Shown: positions 55,019-64,000 of the stretch, piece after piece | Layout of the letters: each line of letters opens with the position of its first letter | Position numbering within the stretch: position 1 is the stretch's first letter | Source: Sphingobacteriaceae bacterium | Lineage (GTDB): Bacteria; Bacteroidota; Bacteroidia; Sphingobacteriales; Sphingobacteriaceae | Length of the DNA: 64,000 nucleotides | Reading direction: 5' to 3' | Assembly: GCA_947463785.1 (NCBI GenBank) | Contig: CANHRG010000008.1 | Location: 2,636 to 66,635 of the forward strand | Notes under the pieces: model-generated | What the model saw: only the letters and a program-made list of their open reading frames with translations | Databases searched by the model: none | What the model was told of the DNA's origin: nothing | Made by a program: the position numbers and the translations under genes

Positions 55019-55954
55019 TTATTTCTTAATGTTTTTTATCATGTCGCTGGTCATTTCGGCCAGGTCGTATTTTAATTTCCAGCTCCAGTCTTTTTGTGCA
55101 AAGCTATCGTCTATTGATTTTGGCCAGCTGTCTGCAATAGCCTGACGTGGATCTTTATCAACATAGGAGATGGTAAATTCTGGAATGTGTTTGCGGATTT
55201 CGGCAGCCAGCATTTCGGGTGTAAAACTGATGCCGCCCAAGTTGTAACTTGAACGAACAGTGATTTTCTCTGCCTGTGCATCCATTAGTTCAAGAGTAGC
55301 ACGAATGGCATCCTCCATGTACATCATTGGTAAAGCTGTTTGTGCAGATAAGAAGCAAGCATAGCTACCCTTCGATAAGGCTTCATGGAAAATATGTACT
55401 GCATAGTCGGTGGTACCGCCACCGGGTGCCGCTTTCCAGCCAATTAAACCCGGGTAACGGATACTGCGCACATCCAACCCGTATTTTTGGAAATAGTACT
55501 CGCACCAACGCTCGCCGGCAAGTTTACTAAACCCGTACACCGTGTTCGGATCCATTACGCAGTATTGAGGTGTATTTTCTCTTGGCGAATGTGGGCCAAA
55601 AACAGCGATAGAGCTGGGCCAGAATACTCGTTTAACTTTAAAATCTACACACAGATCCAGCACATTCAAAAGCCCATCCATGTTTAATTCCCAGGCTTTT
55701 TTAGGTTTTTGTTCGCCTATGGCGGATAGTAATGCGGCTAATAAATAAACCTGAGTAGGCTGATATTTTTTGAATAGTTGCAGCAGACCATCTTTGTCTA
55801 ATACATCCGAAAGTTCGAAGGGGCTGCTTGCATTTAGAGGCTCTTTAATGTCGCAGGCAATTACCTGGTTTGTACCATGAACTTGCCTCAAGGCACTAAC
55901 CAATTCGGTTCCAATTTGTCCGTTTGAACCCAATACCAAAATCGTTTCAGCCAT
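55019..55954 (-). CDS. NAD-dependent epimerase/dehydratase-family protein, probable short-chain L-threonine 3-dehydrogenase
   Basis: Rossmann motif LVLGSNGQIGTEL and the extended-SDR catalytic YxxxK (YGFSK). The overall pattern resembles SDR-type Tdh as I recall it. Confidence 0.7.
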   Translation of the reverse strand: MAETILVLGSNGQIGTELVSALRQVHGTNQVIACDIKEPLNASSPFELSDVLDKDGLLQLFKKYQPTQVYLLAALLSAIGEQKPKKAWELNMDGLLNVLDLCVDFKVKRVFWPSSIAVFGPHSPRENTPQYCVMDPNTVYGFSKLAGERWCEYYFQKYGLDVRSIRYPGLIGWKAAPGGGTTDYAVHIFHEALSKGSYACFLSAQTALPMMYMEDAIRATLELMDAQAEKITVRSSYNLGGISFTPEMLAAEIRKHIPEFTISYVDKDPRQAIADSWPKSIDDSFAQKDWSWKLKYDLAEMTSDMIKNIKK

Positions 55955-55974
55955 GTTTTTTCTTCGGTTTGGAG

Positions 55975-55982
55975 CAAAGGTA
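55975..55982 (-). promoter_or_regulatory. Candidate -7 box (TACCTTTG on the minus strand) for the tdh-like/yebC operon
   Basis: Exact TAnnTTTG match 20 nt upstream of the ATG at 55954. Confidence 0.45.
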
Positions 55983-56016
55983 AAAAATTACCACCAACCT
56001 TAAATGAACAATACGT

Positions 56017-58650
56017 TCAATTCAGTTTTGTGGCTAATACACAGACTTTGGTATAATTCTTTACTTTACCTGAAAGGTCAAATGCTTCCAGTCGAATGAG
56101 GTAGATGCCGACGGGGAGTTTTTCATTTTGATCATTTAATCCATCCCATACCAATGATCCGCTGCTGGCCAGCGTAGTGTTTCTTAGTACTTTTCGAACG
56201 GCTAATACATTATCGGCGTAAATAGTCAAATTGGCAACCATTCCCGGTTGGTTAAAATTGTAATGCATAATTAGCACATCTTCAAAGCCATCGTTATCTG
56301 GCGAAAAAGTGGATGATTCCAGACTGATGTTTTCATTTACTGCATGATCGCTAATGTATTGTGAATTTTGTTCGCCTGGTGTGGCAAAGCCAACTGAGGC
56401 CGCTGCAGAGCGAAAATTTCCCGGTTCGTTTGAAGGTGTGGTGAAGCTTGTTCTTTCCAGAGAAACCCCTTCAGGATTCTTTATGAGCGGAAAATGCATT
56501 TTCTCGGTGTAATTAAATTGATCTATCAGGAGGGAGTCGTTACGGATTAAAACCACCGCTCCGGCATCGTCGTTAAAACTGGGCATAGCAACCATTTGAT
56601 ATAACCTTTCTGGATGAGTTACCGTGTACTCTGCCTGAATATTATCAGGATTGGTGGTTAATACACGGTATTCCTTTGGCTGGATGAGCAGCTGTGTATC
56701 GCCTATACTTTTTACGCTGATCAGGCTATCTTTTTCATTTAGGCTGGCTATGCGTAGTTCTTTTAGATCTAGTGGATAATCGCTTTGGTTATAAATTTCT
56801 ACAAAATCAACGCCGCCCACACGGGGGTTGAACAGTACTTCGTTGATGAGAATGTCGTTTTTCTGAATTTTTTCTGCCAGAAAAAATGAAGCCGTATTAT
56901 ATGGCGCTAATAGCAGATTGCCGACACAATCACTAACCTGATTGGCAGTGAGGGTGTAATTTTTTCCCAAGACAGGTGGATTAGCGAACTTAATTTGTAC
57001 CTGTTCAAAGTAAGGGCCAATAGCGGTAGCCGAAATGGGCTGGCCAACACCATTGTTTAAATCATAATGACTAATCGTTGCAGCAGATGTGCTATCAGCA
57101 CTTCGATTGTAATGAATCAGCAGACTTACGCTGTCTATCATGCTAGTAGCCACCAATTTGAGTGGCTCCAGCACTGCATTTGCTTGGTAGATGGAGTTTA
57201 GTTTACCTGGCGTTCCCCCACTTGGATCGTTACTTGCCGACCAGTTTTGTATGCCCGAGCAAAGTGCCGTTGGATTAATGAGTTCTAACGACCAGCCCCC
57301 TTGTTTTTTAATGGCGTCTTTGTACCAGGTATCCGTATAAGCCACTTGATTAATCAGAATCCCGTTGCTGTTCTTTAAGCTGAGTTGGTCGCCGCTGTTG
57401 TTGAGGCTTGGCCAGGGCGAAATTCCGACTACTTTACCATAACTCGTGAAATTTGCTACATCTGCCGAAGCACAAAGGATAGCGAATTCATTGGCTTGCA
57501 GAGTTTGATTACCAAAGGTATACGTGGTACTGCCATCGCTGTAAGTCCATTTATCCAAAGAAATGGTAAATTCGGTTGTGTTCCATAATTCGATGAACTC
57601 TAAGGCTGGTAGGTCTATTTGCGGCGAAGTATCGGCGAATACTTCATTGATCACTACATCATTGGGCTTTGCGATATAGGGTTTCACATAGTCGAATGAG
57701 GCTGTATTATTATTGAGTATCACATTCCCGGCTTTGTCTGTTACGTTTGAAACCGCCAGAGCATAGTTTCCGGTTGTTAAACTCGTCGTAAACTTCAATT
57801 TATACTTTGCCGAATTGCCATTCGTACTGATGGAAACAGGATTCCCTATCCCGTTATTCAAAACATAATTTAAGGCTGACTTTGCCAGTACACTATCCAT
57901 AGGTTCATTGAATTCGATTTGAACTAAGTTCGAATCAATTGCTGTTGCAGAAATTAAACTTGGCGGAGTGGTATCGGGTACATAAGGTGTAATCTTGAAA
58001 TCTGCAAAAAAGTGTTTTTGTACAAATGATGCGGTTGATTGTACGATATAAATTCCAAAATAGTTGGTGTTGTTAATGGTGTTATCGCTCATACTTCCTT
58101 CAGTAAAATAATCGAAGCCAACCCCAGTTAGGTCTCGCTCGAGTATGAATACATTTGCATCGGTTCTAGTTACTCGTATTTTAAAGGCTGAATTGCTCGA
58201 GTTTAGGATTCCGTTTATACCATCAATAAGTTTAACACTGGTATTTGCTGCACCAGTTCGTTTAAACAAAGAGATTTCATCATCCGTGCCACCAATTCGG
58301 ATAAAATAGCCATTGATGCTGGCGCTTTGTAAATTTTGTTGATCTGATACTAAATAAATATCTACATAATTTGATCCCGATGTGTTGAATAGCAGATTAC
58401 ACCAAAATTCCCATACGGCGCCACTTGCCAAAGTATTAGGTGTACTTAAGTAAAAATTACTACTTGGTGTAAGCAAATTGGAACGCAACCGATTTACACC
58501 TGCATCGTTAATAATTACAAAATCAGCTCCCGAATTGCTTCCCGTCCACACCGGATTTTGACTAAAATCTCCATCACCAAAATTGTCATTTACCTGACTC
58601 AGAGCTGTTTTTGCCAGCAGAAATGCCAAAAAGAACAAACAATTCTTCAT
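56017..58650 (-). CDS. Secreted lamin-tail-domain (LTD) protein with Ig-like domains and a C-terminal FlgD-Ig/T9SS-like sorting domain
   Basis: Has a signal peptide and two LTD-like segments (VINEVFADTS...FIELWN; LINEVLFNPRVGGVDFVEIYN). The C-terminus reads FSPDNDGFED...GIYLIRLEAFD. Confidence 0.75.
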   Translation of the reverse strand: MKNCLFFLAFLLAKTALSQVNDNFGDGDFSQNPVWTGSNSGADFVIINDAGVNRLRSNLLTPSSNFYLSTPNTLASGAVWEFWCNLLFNTSGSNYVDIYLVSDQQNLQSASINGYFIRIGGTDDEISLFKRTGAANTSVKLIDGINGILNSSNSAFKIRVTRTDANVFILERDLTGVGFDYFTEGSMSDNTINNTNYFGIYIVQSTASFVQKHFFADFKITPYVPDTTPPSLISATAIDSNLVQIEFNEPMDSVLAKSALNYVLNNGIGNPVSISTNGNSAKYKLKFTTSLTTGNYALAVSNVTDKAGNVILNNNTASFDYVKPYIAKPNDVVINEVFADTSPQIDLPALEFIELWNTTEFTISLDKWTYSDGSTTYTFGNQTLQANEFAILCASADVANFTSYGKVVGISPWPSLNNSGDQLSLKNSNGILINQVAYTDTWYKDAIKKQGGWSLELINPTALCSGIQNWSASNDPSGGTPGKLNSIYQANAVLEPLKLVATSMIDSVSLLIHYNRSADSTSAATISHYDLNNGVGQPISATAIGPYFEQVQIKFANPPVLGKNYTLTANQVSDCVGNLLLAPYNTASFFLAEKIQKNDILINEVLFNPRVGGVDFVEIYNQSDYPLDLKELRIASLNEKDSLISVKSIGDTQLLIQPKEYRVLTTNPDNIQAEYTVTHPERLYQMVAMPSFNDDAGAVVLIRNDSLLIDQFNYTEKMHFPLIKNPEGVSLERTSFTTPSNEPGNFRSAAASVGFATPGEQNSQYISDHAVNENISLESSTFSPDNDGFEDVLIMHYNFNQPGMVANLTIYADNVLAVRKVLRNTTLASSGSLVWDGLNDQNEKLPVGIYLIRLEAFDLSGKVKNYTKVCVLATKLN

Positions 58651-58706
58651 ATTTGTTAGCTAAAGTCATTCAATTTACAAAAAATTAAAATAGTTAACTA
58701 TAAAGT

Positions 58707-59696
58707 ATGAAAGTTGCAGTGGTTGGTGCCACCGGTTTAGTGGGTACCATGATGCTTAAAGTGTTGGAAGAGCGTAATTTCCCGCTTACCGAATTAATTC
58801 CTGTAGCCTCAGCCAAGAGTGCCGGTAAAGAAATTCAATTTAGGGGTAAGGCATTTAGAGTGGTTACGGTTGATGAAGCCATTGCAGCAAAACCGGATAT
58901 TGCCCTGTTTTCGGCAGGAGGAAGCACTTCTTTAGAGCAGGCGCCGAAATTTGCCGCTGTGGGCACCACCGTGATTGATAACTCCTCGGCCTGGCGCATG
59001 GATCCTGATAAGAAGTTAGTGGTTCCGGAAGTGAATGCTTCAGTGTTGACCAAGGGGGATAAGATCATTGCTAACCCTAATTGTTCTACCATTCAAATGG
59101 TGGTGGTATTAAAACCGCTTCACGAAAAATACAAAATTAAACGGGTGGTAGTTTCTACCTACCAATCGGTAACTGGTACCGGGGTTAAAGCGGTAGACCA
59201 GTTGATGAATGAACGTAAGGGAATTCAGGGTGAAATGGCCTATCCGCACACCATCGACCTCAATGTTATTCCTCAAATTGATGCTTTCCTAGATAATGGC
59301 TATACCAAAGAGGAAATGAAAATGATTTTAGAAACTCAGAAAATTATGGGGGATTATTCGATTAAAGTAACCGCTACTACCGTTCGTATTCCGGTAATGG
59401 GCGGCCATTCCGAATCGGTAAACATTGAATTCGTAAAAGATTTTGACCTTGCTGAGGTGCGAAAATTGCTGGAGGCTCAGGAAGGGGTATTAGTAGTGGA
59501 TGATCCGGCTAACCTGAAATATCCGATGCCAAAAGATGCACATAACCGGGATGAAATATTTGTTGGCCGTATTCGTCGAGATGAATCCCAGCCTAATACG
59601 CTAAATATGTGGATCGTGTCAGACAATTTGCGTAAAGGAGCCGCAACAAATGCGGTACAAATTGCGGAGTACCTGATCGCTCATCAACTTGTCTAA
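58707..59696 (+). CDS. asd: Aspartate-semialdehyde dehydrogenase
   Basis: Motif VAVVGATGLVG, the active-site Cys in ANPNCSTIQM, and a catalytic His in the GGHSE context. Confidence 0.93.
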   Translation: MKVAVVGATGLVGTMMLKVLEERNFPLTELIPVASAKSAGKEIQFRGKAFRVVTVDEAIAAKPDIALFSAGGSTSLEQAPKFAAVGTTVIDNSSAWRMDPDKKLVVPEVNASVLTKGDKIIANPNCSTIQMVVVLKPLHEKYKIKRVVVSTYQSVTGTGVKAVDQLMNERKGIQGEMAYPHTIDLNVIPQIDAFLDNGYTKEEMKMILETQKIMGDYSIKVTATTVRIPVMGGHSESVNIEFVKDFDLAEVRKLLEAQEGVLVVDDPANLKYPMPKDAHNRDEIFVGRIRRDESQPNTLNMWIVSDNLRKGAATNAVQIAEYLIAHQLV

Positions 59697-59729
59697 AAAC
59701 AAAAAGGCCTCCGATATGGAGGCCTTTTT
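59695..59729. terminator. Bidirectional rho-independent terminator
   Basis: An A-run, a 7-bp stem GGCCTCC/GGAGGCC, a loop GATAT, then a T-run. It lies between convergent genes. Confidence 0.8.
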
Positions 59730-59745
59730 GTTTACGTGTTATTTT

Positions 59746-61794
59746 TTATTTCAAATAAGTACCCAGCCATTCGTGCACCTGCTGGTAGAAAAACCGACCG
59801 TTTTCAGCATTTAAAATCCAGTGGTTTTCATCAGGGAATACGATCATTTTTACCGGAACTTTTAAACGCTGGTGTACAGCATAATTTTCTAAGGAATTGT
59901 TTATTGGCACCCGGAAATCGCGTTCGCCAATGGTAATCAACATTGGTGTTTTGAAATTAGCTGCAAAGCGAATCGGATTTTGCTCAGTAAAGGTTTTGGT
60001 CTTTTCCCATGGTAAACCGCCGTTCATTACTTCACGGTTGTAGATACCATCACTCGTTCCCCATTGCACTTCACTGTTTACCAAGCCGGCATGTGCAATG
60101 ATGCATTTGTAATGACTAGTTGTAGCCTGCATCCAGTTTGCCAGGTGGCCGCCATAGCTTGCTCCGCCAACGGCTTGTTTGCTGCCATCAATAAAGGACC
60201 ATTTTTTTATCGCAAAGGCAGCTGCCTCATTAATCTCATCAGCCGGACCTTTGAATGGATCAAACTGAATATCTTGTCCAAACTTTTCACCAAAGCCGGT
60301 AGAGCCGGTATAATTGGTCAACACCAAAATATAACCCGGTTTTGCCAGTAAATGGTAATTCCAACGGTAACCCCAGTTGTCTTTGTAAGCACTAGCCGGA
60401 CCGCCATGCATTACTACGAATAATGGGTATTTTTTAGTCGGATCAAAACCTGCCGGGCGAACCAGGATGTTATGAATTTGTTTTCCTCTAGAACTAGTAA
60501 ACCAAAATTCTTCAATTTCGGGCATATCCAATTTGCCCAATGCTGCCAGGTTAAACTGACTGATAAATTGAGGTTCAGGGTTGCTTGGGTTAACACGCAC
60601 CACTTCTGGAGGAAGGTTCGCATGGTCATACAACGCTAAAACCACCTTGCTATCGTCAGAAACAGAAACACCGTTATAACAACCCTTTTTGCCCTTGCTG
60701 AATAAGCTTAATTGTTTGTTGCTGAAATTGTATTGGTAAATTTTATCGTGACCCTGATCTTCCACACTCATGAAAACACCAGTGTTCGTTGCCACATAAC
60801 TATTAATTGGTCGATCCAATTCTGCGGCGATATACGCTTTGTTTTTGAGGCTTGGCCAATCAAAGCGAGCTAATTTCCCTAAATCATATACCTTGTAATT
60901 GCCGTAGGCACTCTCGGTTGTAAGCAAGGTTTTGCCATCTGTACTAAAGCTTGGGGCATAATATACGTGTGTGGCATCCTCCAAAAGCAGTTGTGCATCT
61001 TTACCCAATTCCACTTGATACAATCTGTAGCGACTCTCTTGAGAAGCCAATACCTGATTATCTAAAGTAGCAGAAAACACAAAACCTTTGCTATCTGGTG
61101 TCCAGGAATAGCCGCCCAGCTGAAATCCCGCTTCGGTTACCATAGCAACTTTTGTGAAAACATTGGTTGCAGCTGTGCTGTCTAGGCTTTGCACAAAAAT
61201 GTGTGTTTGTTTCTCGTCACGCCAACGATCAAAATCACGAATAGGGAAACCGGTATACACACGGGCCCTGTATTTGATCTTCTTTTTCTCTTCTGCAATT
61301 TTCTTGCTTAAGGCTTCTGTAAATGCACCTGGATAAACGCTACTGCTAAACGCAATGCTTTTACCATCAGGGCTCCAATTCGGGGCACTAGCTCCGGTGG
61401 AAAGATTGGTAAAACGTTGCGCTTCACCACCGTTTTTGATGTTTAATAAATAGATTTGAGAAGCTTCTTCTCCATCACGTCGAGCTACGAATGCAAGCGT
61501 TTTGCTATCCGGGCTCCACTTGTATCCAGACTCTCCAGCTTTTCCTGAAGTAATTTTACGAGGCTTGGTGCTGCCATCGGTAGGGGCCAACCATAAGTCG
61601 TTCACCACCTCTTTTTCATCGTATGCAGGTTCCTGAACACTAAATACTACCCATTTGCCATCGGGGCTTACTTCAGGTGCACCTACACGCTTCATCATCC
61701 ACATGCTTTCGTGGCTGATTGGTTTTTTGTCTTGGGCCTGGCTAACACCTAAACACAGGCAAGTTAGAAAGGCATAAATTACTAATCGTTTCAT
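59746..61794 (-). CDS. S9-family serine peptidase (prolyl oligopeptidase / acylaminoacyl-peptidase type) with an N-terminal beta-propeller
   Basis: Has a signal peptide, WD40-like propeller repeats (WSPDGK, WSPDSK, WTPDSK) and the nucleophile motif GGASYGG. Confidence 0.9.
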   Translation of the reverse strand: MKRLVIYAFLTCLCLGVSQAQDKKPISHESMWMMKRVGAPEVSPDGKWVVFSVQEPAYDEKEVVNDLWLAPTDGSTKPRKITSGKAGESGYKWSPDSKTLAFVARRDGEEASQIYLLNIKNGGEAQRFTNLSTGASAPNWSPDGKSIAFSSSVYPGAFTEALSKKIAEEKKKIKYRARVYTGFPIRDFDRWRDEKQTHIFVQSLDSTAATNVFTKVAMVTEAGFQLGGYSWTPDSKGFVFSATLDNQVLASQESRYRLYQVELGKDAQLLLEDATHVYYAPSFSTDGKTLLTTESAYGNYKVYDLGKLARFDWPSLKNKAYIAAELDRPINSYVATNTGVFMSVEDQGHDKIYQYNFSNKQLSLFSKGKKGCYNGVSVSDDSKVVLALYDHANLPPEVVRVNPSNPEPQFISQFNLAALGKLDMPEIEEFWFTSSRGKQIHNILVRPAGFDPTKKYPLFVVMHGGPASAYKDNWGYRWNYHLLAKPGYILVLTNYTGSTGFGEKFGQDIQFDPFKGPADEINEAAAFAIKKWSFIDGSKQAVGGASYGGHLANWMQATTSHYKCIIAHAGLVNSEVQWGTSDGIYNREVMNGGLPWEKTKTFTEQNPIRFAANFKTPMLITIGERDFRVPINNSLENYAVHQRLKVPVKMIVFPDENHWILNAENGRFFYQQVHEWLGTYLK

Positions 61795-61931
61795 GGAATT
61801 GTTTCAGTTAATGGAAATTAAAGATATTCCTTTTTCCTTTTCGCTGAATCATTGTAGCTAAAATTTTATTTAAGTATTCCTGCCCCATCAGCTATGATCT
61901 ACTTTTTAGCCTATTTTTAGTACTTTTAGGC

Positions 61932-63347
61932 ATGAGATACGTGTTCATACTTCTTTTGGGCTTGAGTAGTTTTACGATGCAGGCTCAGACTTCGTTGAGT
62001 CAAAAAATTCAATGGGCTTACGAACGTTTATTGGCCGATCCGCAGATGAATTATGCATCGGCATCACTAACTGTTTTGAATGCAGAAAATGGACAAGTTA
62101 TTTTTTCTAAAAATGGGAATGTGGGTTTGGCACCAGCTTCAACCTTAAAAACCGTAACCGCCGCTACTGCCTTTCACTTACTTGGTACTGAATTTAAATA
62201 CGAGACAAGCTTAGCCTATACTGGAACTTTATCAGCCAATGGAATTCTGGATGGTGATGTATTGATTATTGGTGGGGGAGATCCGAGCTTGGGAAGCTGG
62301 CGTTACGATGCTACTCAAACCAAAGTGGTGTTAAGCAAGTGGTTAGAAGCACTACAAAAATTAGGAATAAAGGAAATTAAAGGCAGTATTATTGCTGACG
62401 ATCATCTTTTCGGCACACAGATTACGCCAGATGGCTGGATTTGGCAAGATATTGGTAATTATTATGGAGGTGGTGCCACTTCGCTTAGCTGGTACGAGAA
62501 CCAGTTTGATGTTTACTTCAAACCGGGAGCAAAAGTAGGCGATCCGGTGACGATGAAACAAGTGGTTCCTGACATGCCTTATCTCAAATTAATTAATGAA
62601 GTAAAGACCGGCGCTGCGGGCACTGGAGATAAAGTTTTTGTGTATGCTGCGCCCTACTCCGATCTGTTGTATCTCAGAGGCACGTATGCACTAGACCTAA
62701 CCAAGCCAGTTGCACCTGCCATCCCAGATCCTGCATTCGATGTAGCTTACCGTTTGGCCGATACCTTGAAAGATTCGAGCATTTCACTAAAGCAAGGCAT
62801 CACAACCTGGAGAAGAATTAACCTGGAAAGGCCATGGTCAATTCCAAAACACCTAATTATTTACTCCCAAGCTTCTCCAAAGCTTAGCGAACTGGTGTAT
62901 TGGTTTAACCGGAAAAGTATCAACCTTTACGGTGAAAATTTCTTAAAAACGTTTGCCTGGAAGCAGGGTAAGTCTATTGCCACTACCGATGGCGCTGCAG
63001 TTTTAAAGAATTTTTGGAAAGAAAGATTAGGCATCGATCCTAACTCCATGAATATTGGCGACGGAAGCGGTCTGTCACCTGCTAATCGGATTACCACCTT
63101 AACAATGGCTAAAATTCTTCAATCTGCTCAAAAAGAATCGTGGTATGCCCCGTTTTATGAGAGCTTACCAGTGTATAACGATATGAAAATGAAGAGTGGC
63201 AGTATTGCCGATGTATTGGCTTACGCCGGGTATCATAAAAACAGGTCTGGAAAACAGCTGGTGTTTTCCTTCATTATTAATAATTACAACGGAAGCACTT
63301 CGGCTATACGCCAAAAAATGTTCAAGGTGCTCGACGAGTTGAAGTAA
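61932..63347 (+). CDS. dacB: D-alanyl-D-alanine carboxypeptidase/endopeptidase (PBP4, S13 family)
   Basis: Has a signal peptide, SxxK (PASTLK), the DGSGLS motif and a KTG variant (KSG). Confidence 0.85.
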   Translation: MRYVFILLLGLSSFTMQAQTSLSQKIQWAYERLLADPQMNYASASLTVLNAENGQVIFSKNGNVGLAPASTLKTVTAATAFHLLGTEFKYETSLAYTGTLSANGILDGDVLIIGGGDPSLGSWRYDATQTKVVLSKWLEALQKLGIKEIKGSIIADDHLFGTQITPDGWIWQDIGNYYGGGATSLSWYENQFDVYFKPGAKVGDPVTMKQVVPDMPYLKLINEVKTGAAGTGDKVFVYAAPYSDLLYLRGTYALDLTKPVAPAIPDPAFDVAYRLADTLKDSSISLKQGITTWRRINLERPWSIPKHLIIYSQASPKLSELVYWFNRKSINLYGENFLKTFAWKQGKSIATTDGAAVLKNFWKERLGIDPNSMNIGDGSGLSPANRITTLTMAKILQSAQKESWYAPFYESLPVYNDMKMKSGSIADVLAYAGYHKNRSGKQLVFSFIINNYNGSTSAIRQKMFKVLDELK

Positions 63348-63350
63348 GGT

Positions 63351-64000
63351 TTATTCGTAACGAAGAGCCTCAACTGGATCGAGGTTAGAAGCTTTCGAAG
63401 CCGGGTAAAAGCCTGAGACAATACCCACACTCACACAAATAATCAGGCCTAAAGTAATCCATATCCAAGGAATGATGAAACTTCCACCCAGGGCAAGCGC
63501 CACCAGGTTTCCGATCACGATACCCAAGATGATTCCGCTCATGCCGCCCAAAAGGCAAATCACAACCGCTTCCATTAAAAACTGACGACGAATCACAGCC
63601 GGGGTAGCGCCAATCGCTTTCCGAATACCAATTTCACGTGTACGCTCGGTAACCGATACTAGCATAATGTTCATTAAACCTATTGAAGCACCCACTAGCG
63701 TAATAAATCCAATAACAATGGCTGCAAGCGTAACGTATTTGATGTTATCCAGTAAGGTTTGAGCAATGGCATCACTTTTGGTAACCTCGAAATTATTTTC
63801 GTCTTGAACCCTCAGTTTTCTCACGTTTCTAAACAAACCCGTTGCTTCGCCAACTGCACCATCCATCTTTCCGGGGTCGTTCACCATCACCGAAATGGTA
63901 TAAGAAGGATTGTTAATGGCCATGATTTGTTTGGCTCGCAGCAGGGGAATCACACAAACTTTATCTCCGCCAAAACCCATACTCGATCCTTTTTCGGCAA
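63351..64000 (-). CDS. ABC transporter permease (FtsX/MacB-like), C-terminal part; the gene continues beyond the window
   Basis: Shows the FtsX-domain pattern ([16 protein letters not shown]...) with three C-terminal TM helices. The listed Met at 63980 is probably internal, since MacB-type permeases are about 400 aa. Confidence 0.85.
   Translation of the reverse strand, partial: AEKGSSMGFGGDKVCVIPLLRAKQIMAINNPSYTISVMVNDPGKMDGAVGEATGLFRNVRKLRVQDENNFEVTKSDAIAQTLLDNIKYVTLAAIVIGFITLVGASIGLMNIMLVSVTERTREIGIRKAIGATPAVIRRQFLMEAVVICLLGGMSGIILGIVIGNLVALALGGSFIIPWIWITLGLIICVSVGIVSGFYPASKASNLDPVEALRYE

Noticed and set aside
1-64000. A by-eye search for CRISPR arrays, tandem repeats, rRNA, tRNA, tmRNA, RNase P, SRP RNA, IS elements or integrases.
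   Set aside because: I saw none. There are no regularly spaced direct repeats, no conserved RNA signature strings (for example a GGTTCGAATCC-type T-loop or the RNase P GGAAAGTCCGG motif), and no transposase- or integrase-like ORFs. A by-eye scan can miss divergent small RNAs.

Overview
This is a dense 64-kb chromosomal segment with about 50 genes. It looks like a Bacteroidota genome of the Sphingobacteriia or Cytophagia type. Three things support that: T9SS-type C-terminal sorting domains, exact TAnnTTTG -7 promoter boxes 4-40 nt upstream of many start codons, and GC-rich bidirectional hairpin terminators between some convergent genes.

Gene content, left to right:
- A galactan/galactose module: a GH2-GH53 fusion, galK, a YghZ-like aldo-keto reductase and an SSS sugar symporter.
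- A giant S8 protease with a P-domain and a T9SS tail, translationally coupled to an Fn3 lipoprotein.
- An MFP-RND-TolC efflux operon followed by an orphan receiver protein.
- An M61 peptidase, a small OM beta-barrel and an acyl-CoA ligase.
- A small membrane-protein triad (YtxH, DUF1469, coiled-coil protein), an AI-2E transporter, a TSP3-OmpA protein and an orphan sigma-54 activator.
- An enoyl-CoA hydratase with a stand-alone B12-binding domain, then glnS and a PaaI thioesterase.
- A DUF892 gene and a SET-domain gene, flanked by the two largest non-coding gaps in the window.
- pepT, an M14 carboxypeptidase, a rhomboid, an orphan gene and a dipeptide epimerase.
- A rhodanese, 2-TM peptide and SPFH operon.
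- A MarR-fadB-fadA-fadE beta-oxidation operon, then an FKBP isomerase.
- A photolyase operon divergent from a carotenoid-tailoring operon that ends in ispH.
- YebC, Tdh-like, a lamin-tail-domain protein, asd, an S9 peptidase, PBP4 and a partial ABC permease.

By eye I found no rRNA, tRNA, CRISPR array, transposase, integrase or recognisable defence gene. I do not see a convincing new multi-gene system. The strongest unexplained signals are:
1. A structured leader of about 260 nt with a terminator upstream of the DUF892 gene.
2. A 410-bp ORF-free gap next to the SET-domain gene.
3. A duplicated palindromic operator on the MarR-fad promoter.
4. An orphan 327-aa protein wedged between overlapping convergent genes.
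5. Paired palindromes in the photolyase/carotenoid divergent promoter.

All product calls rest on motifs read from the translated ORFs. No database search was run.
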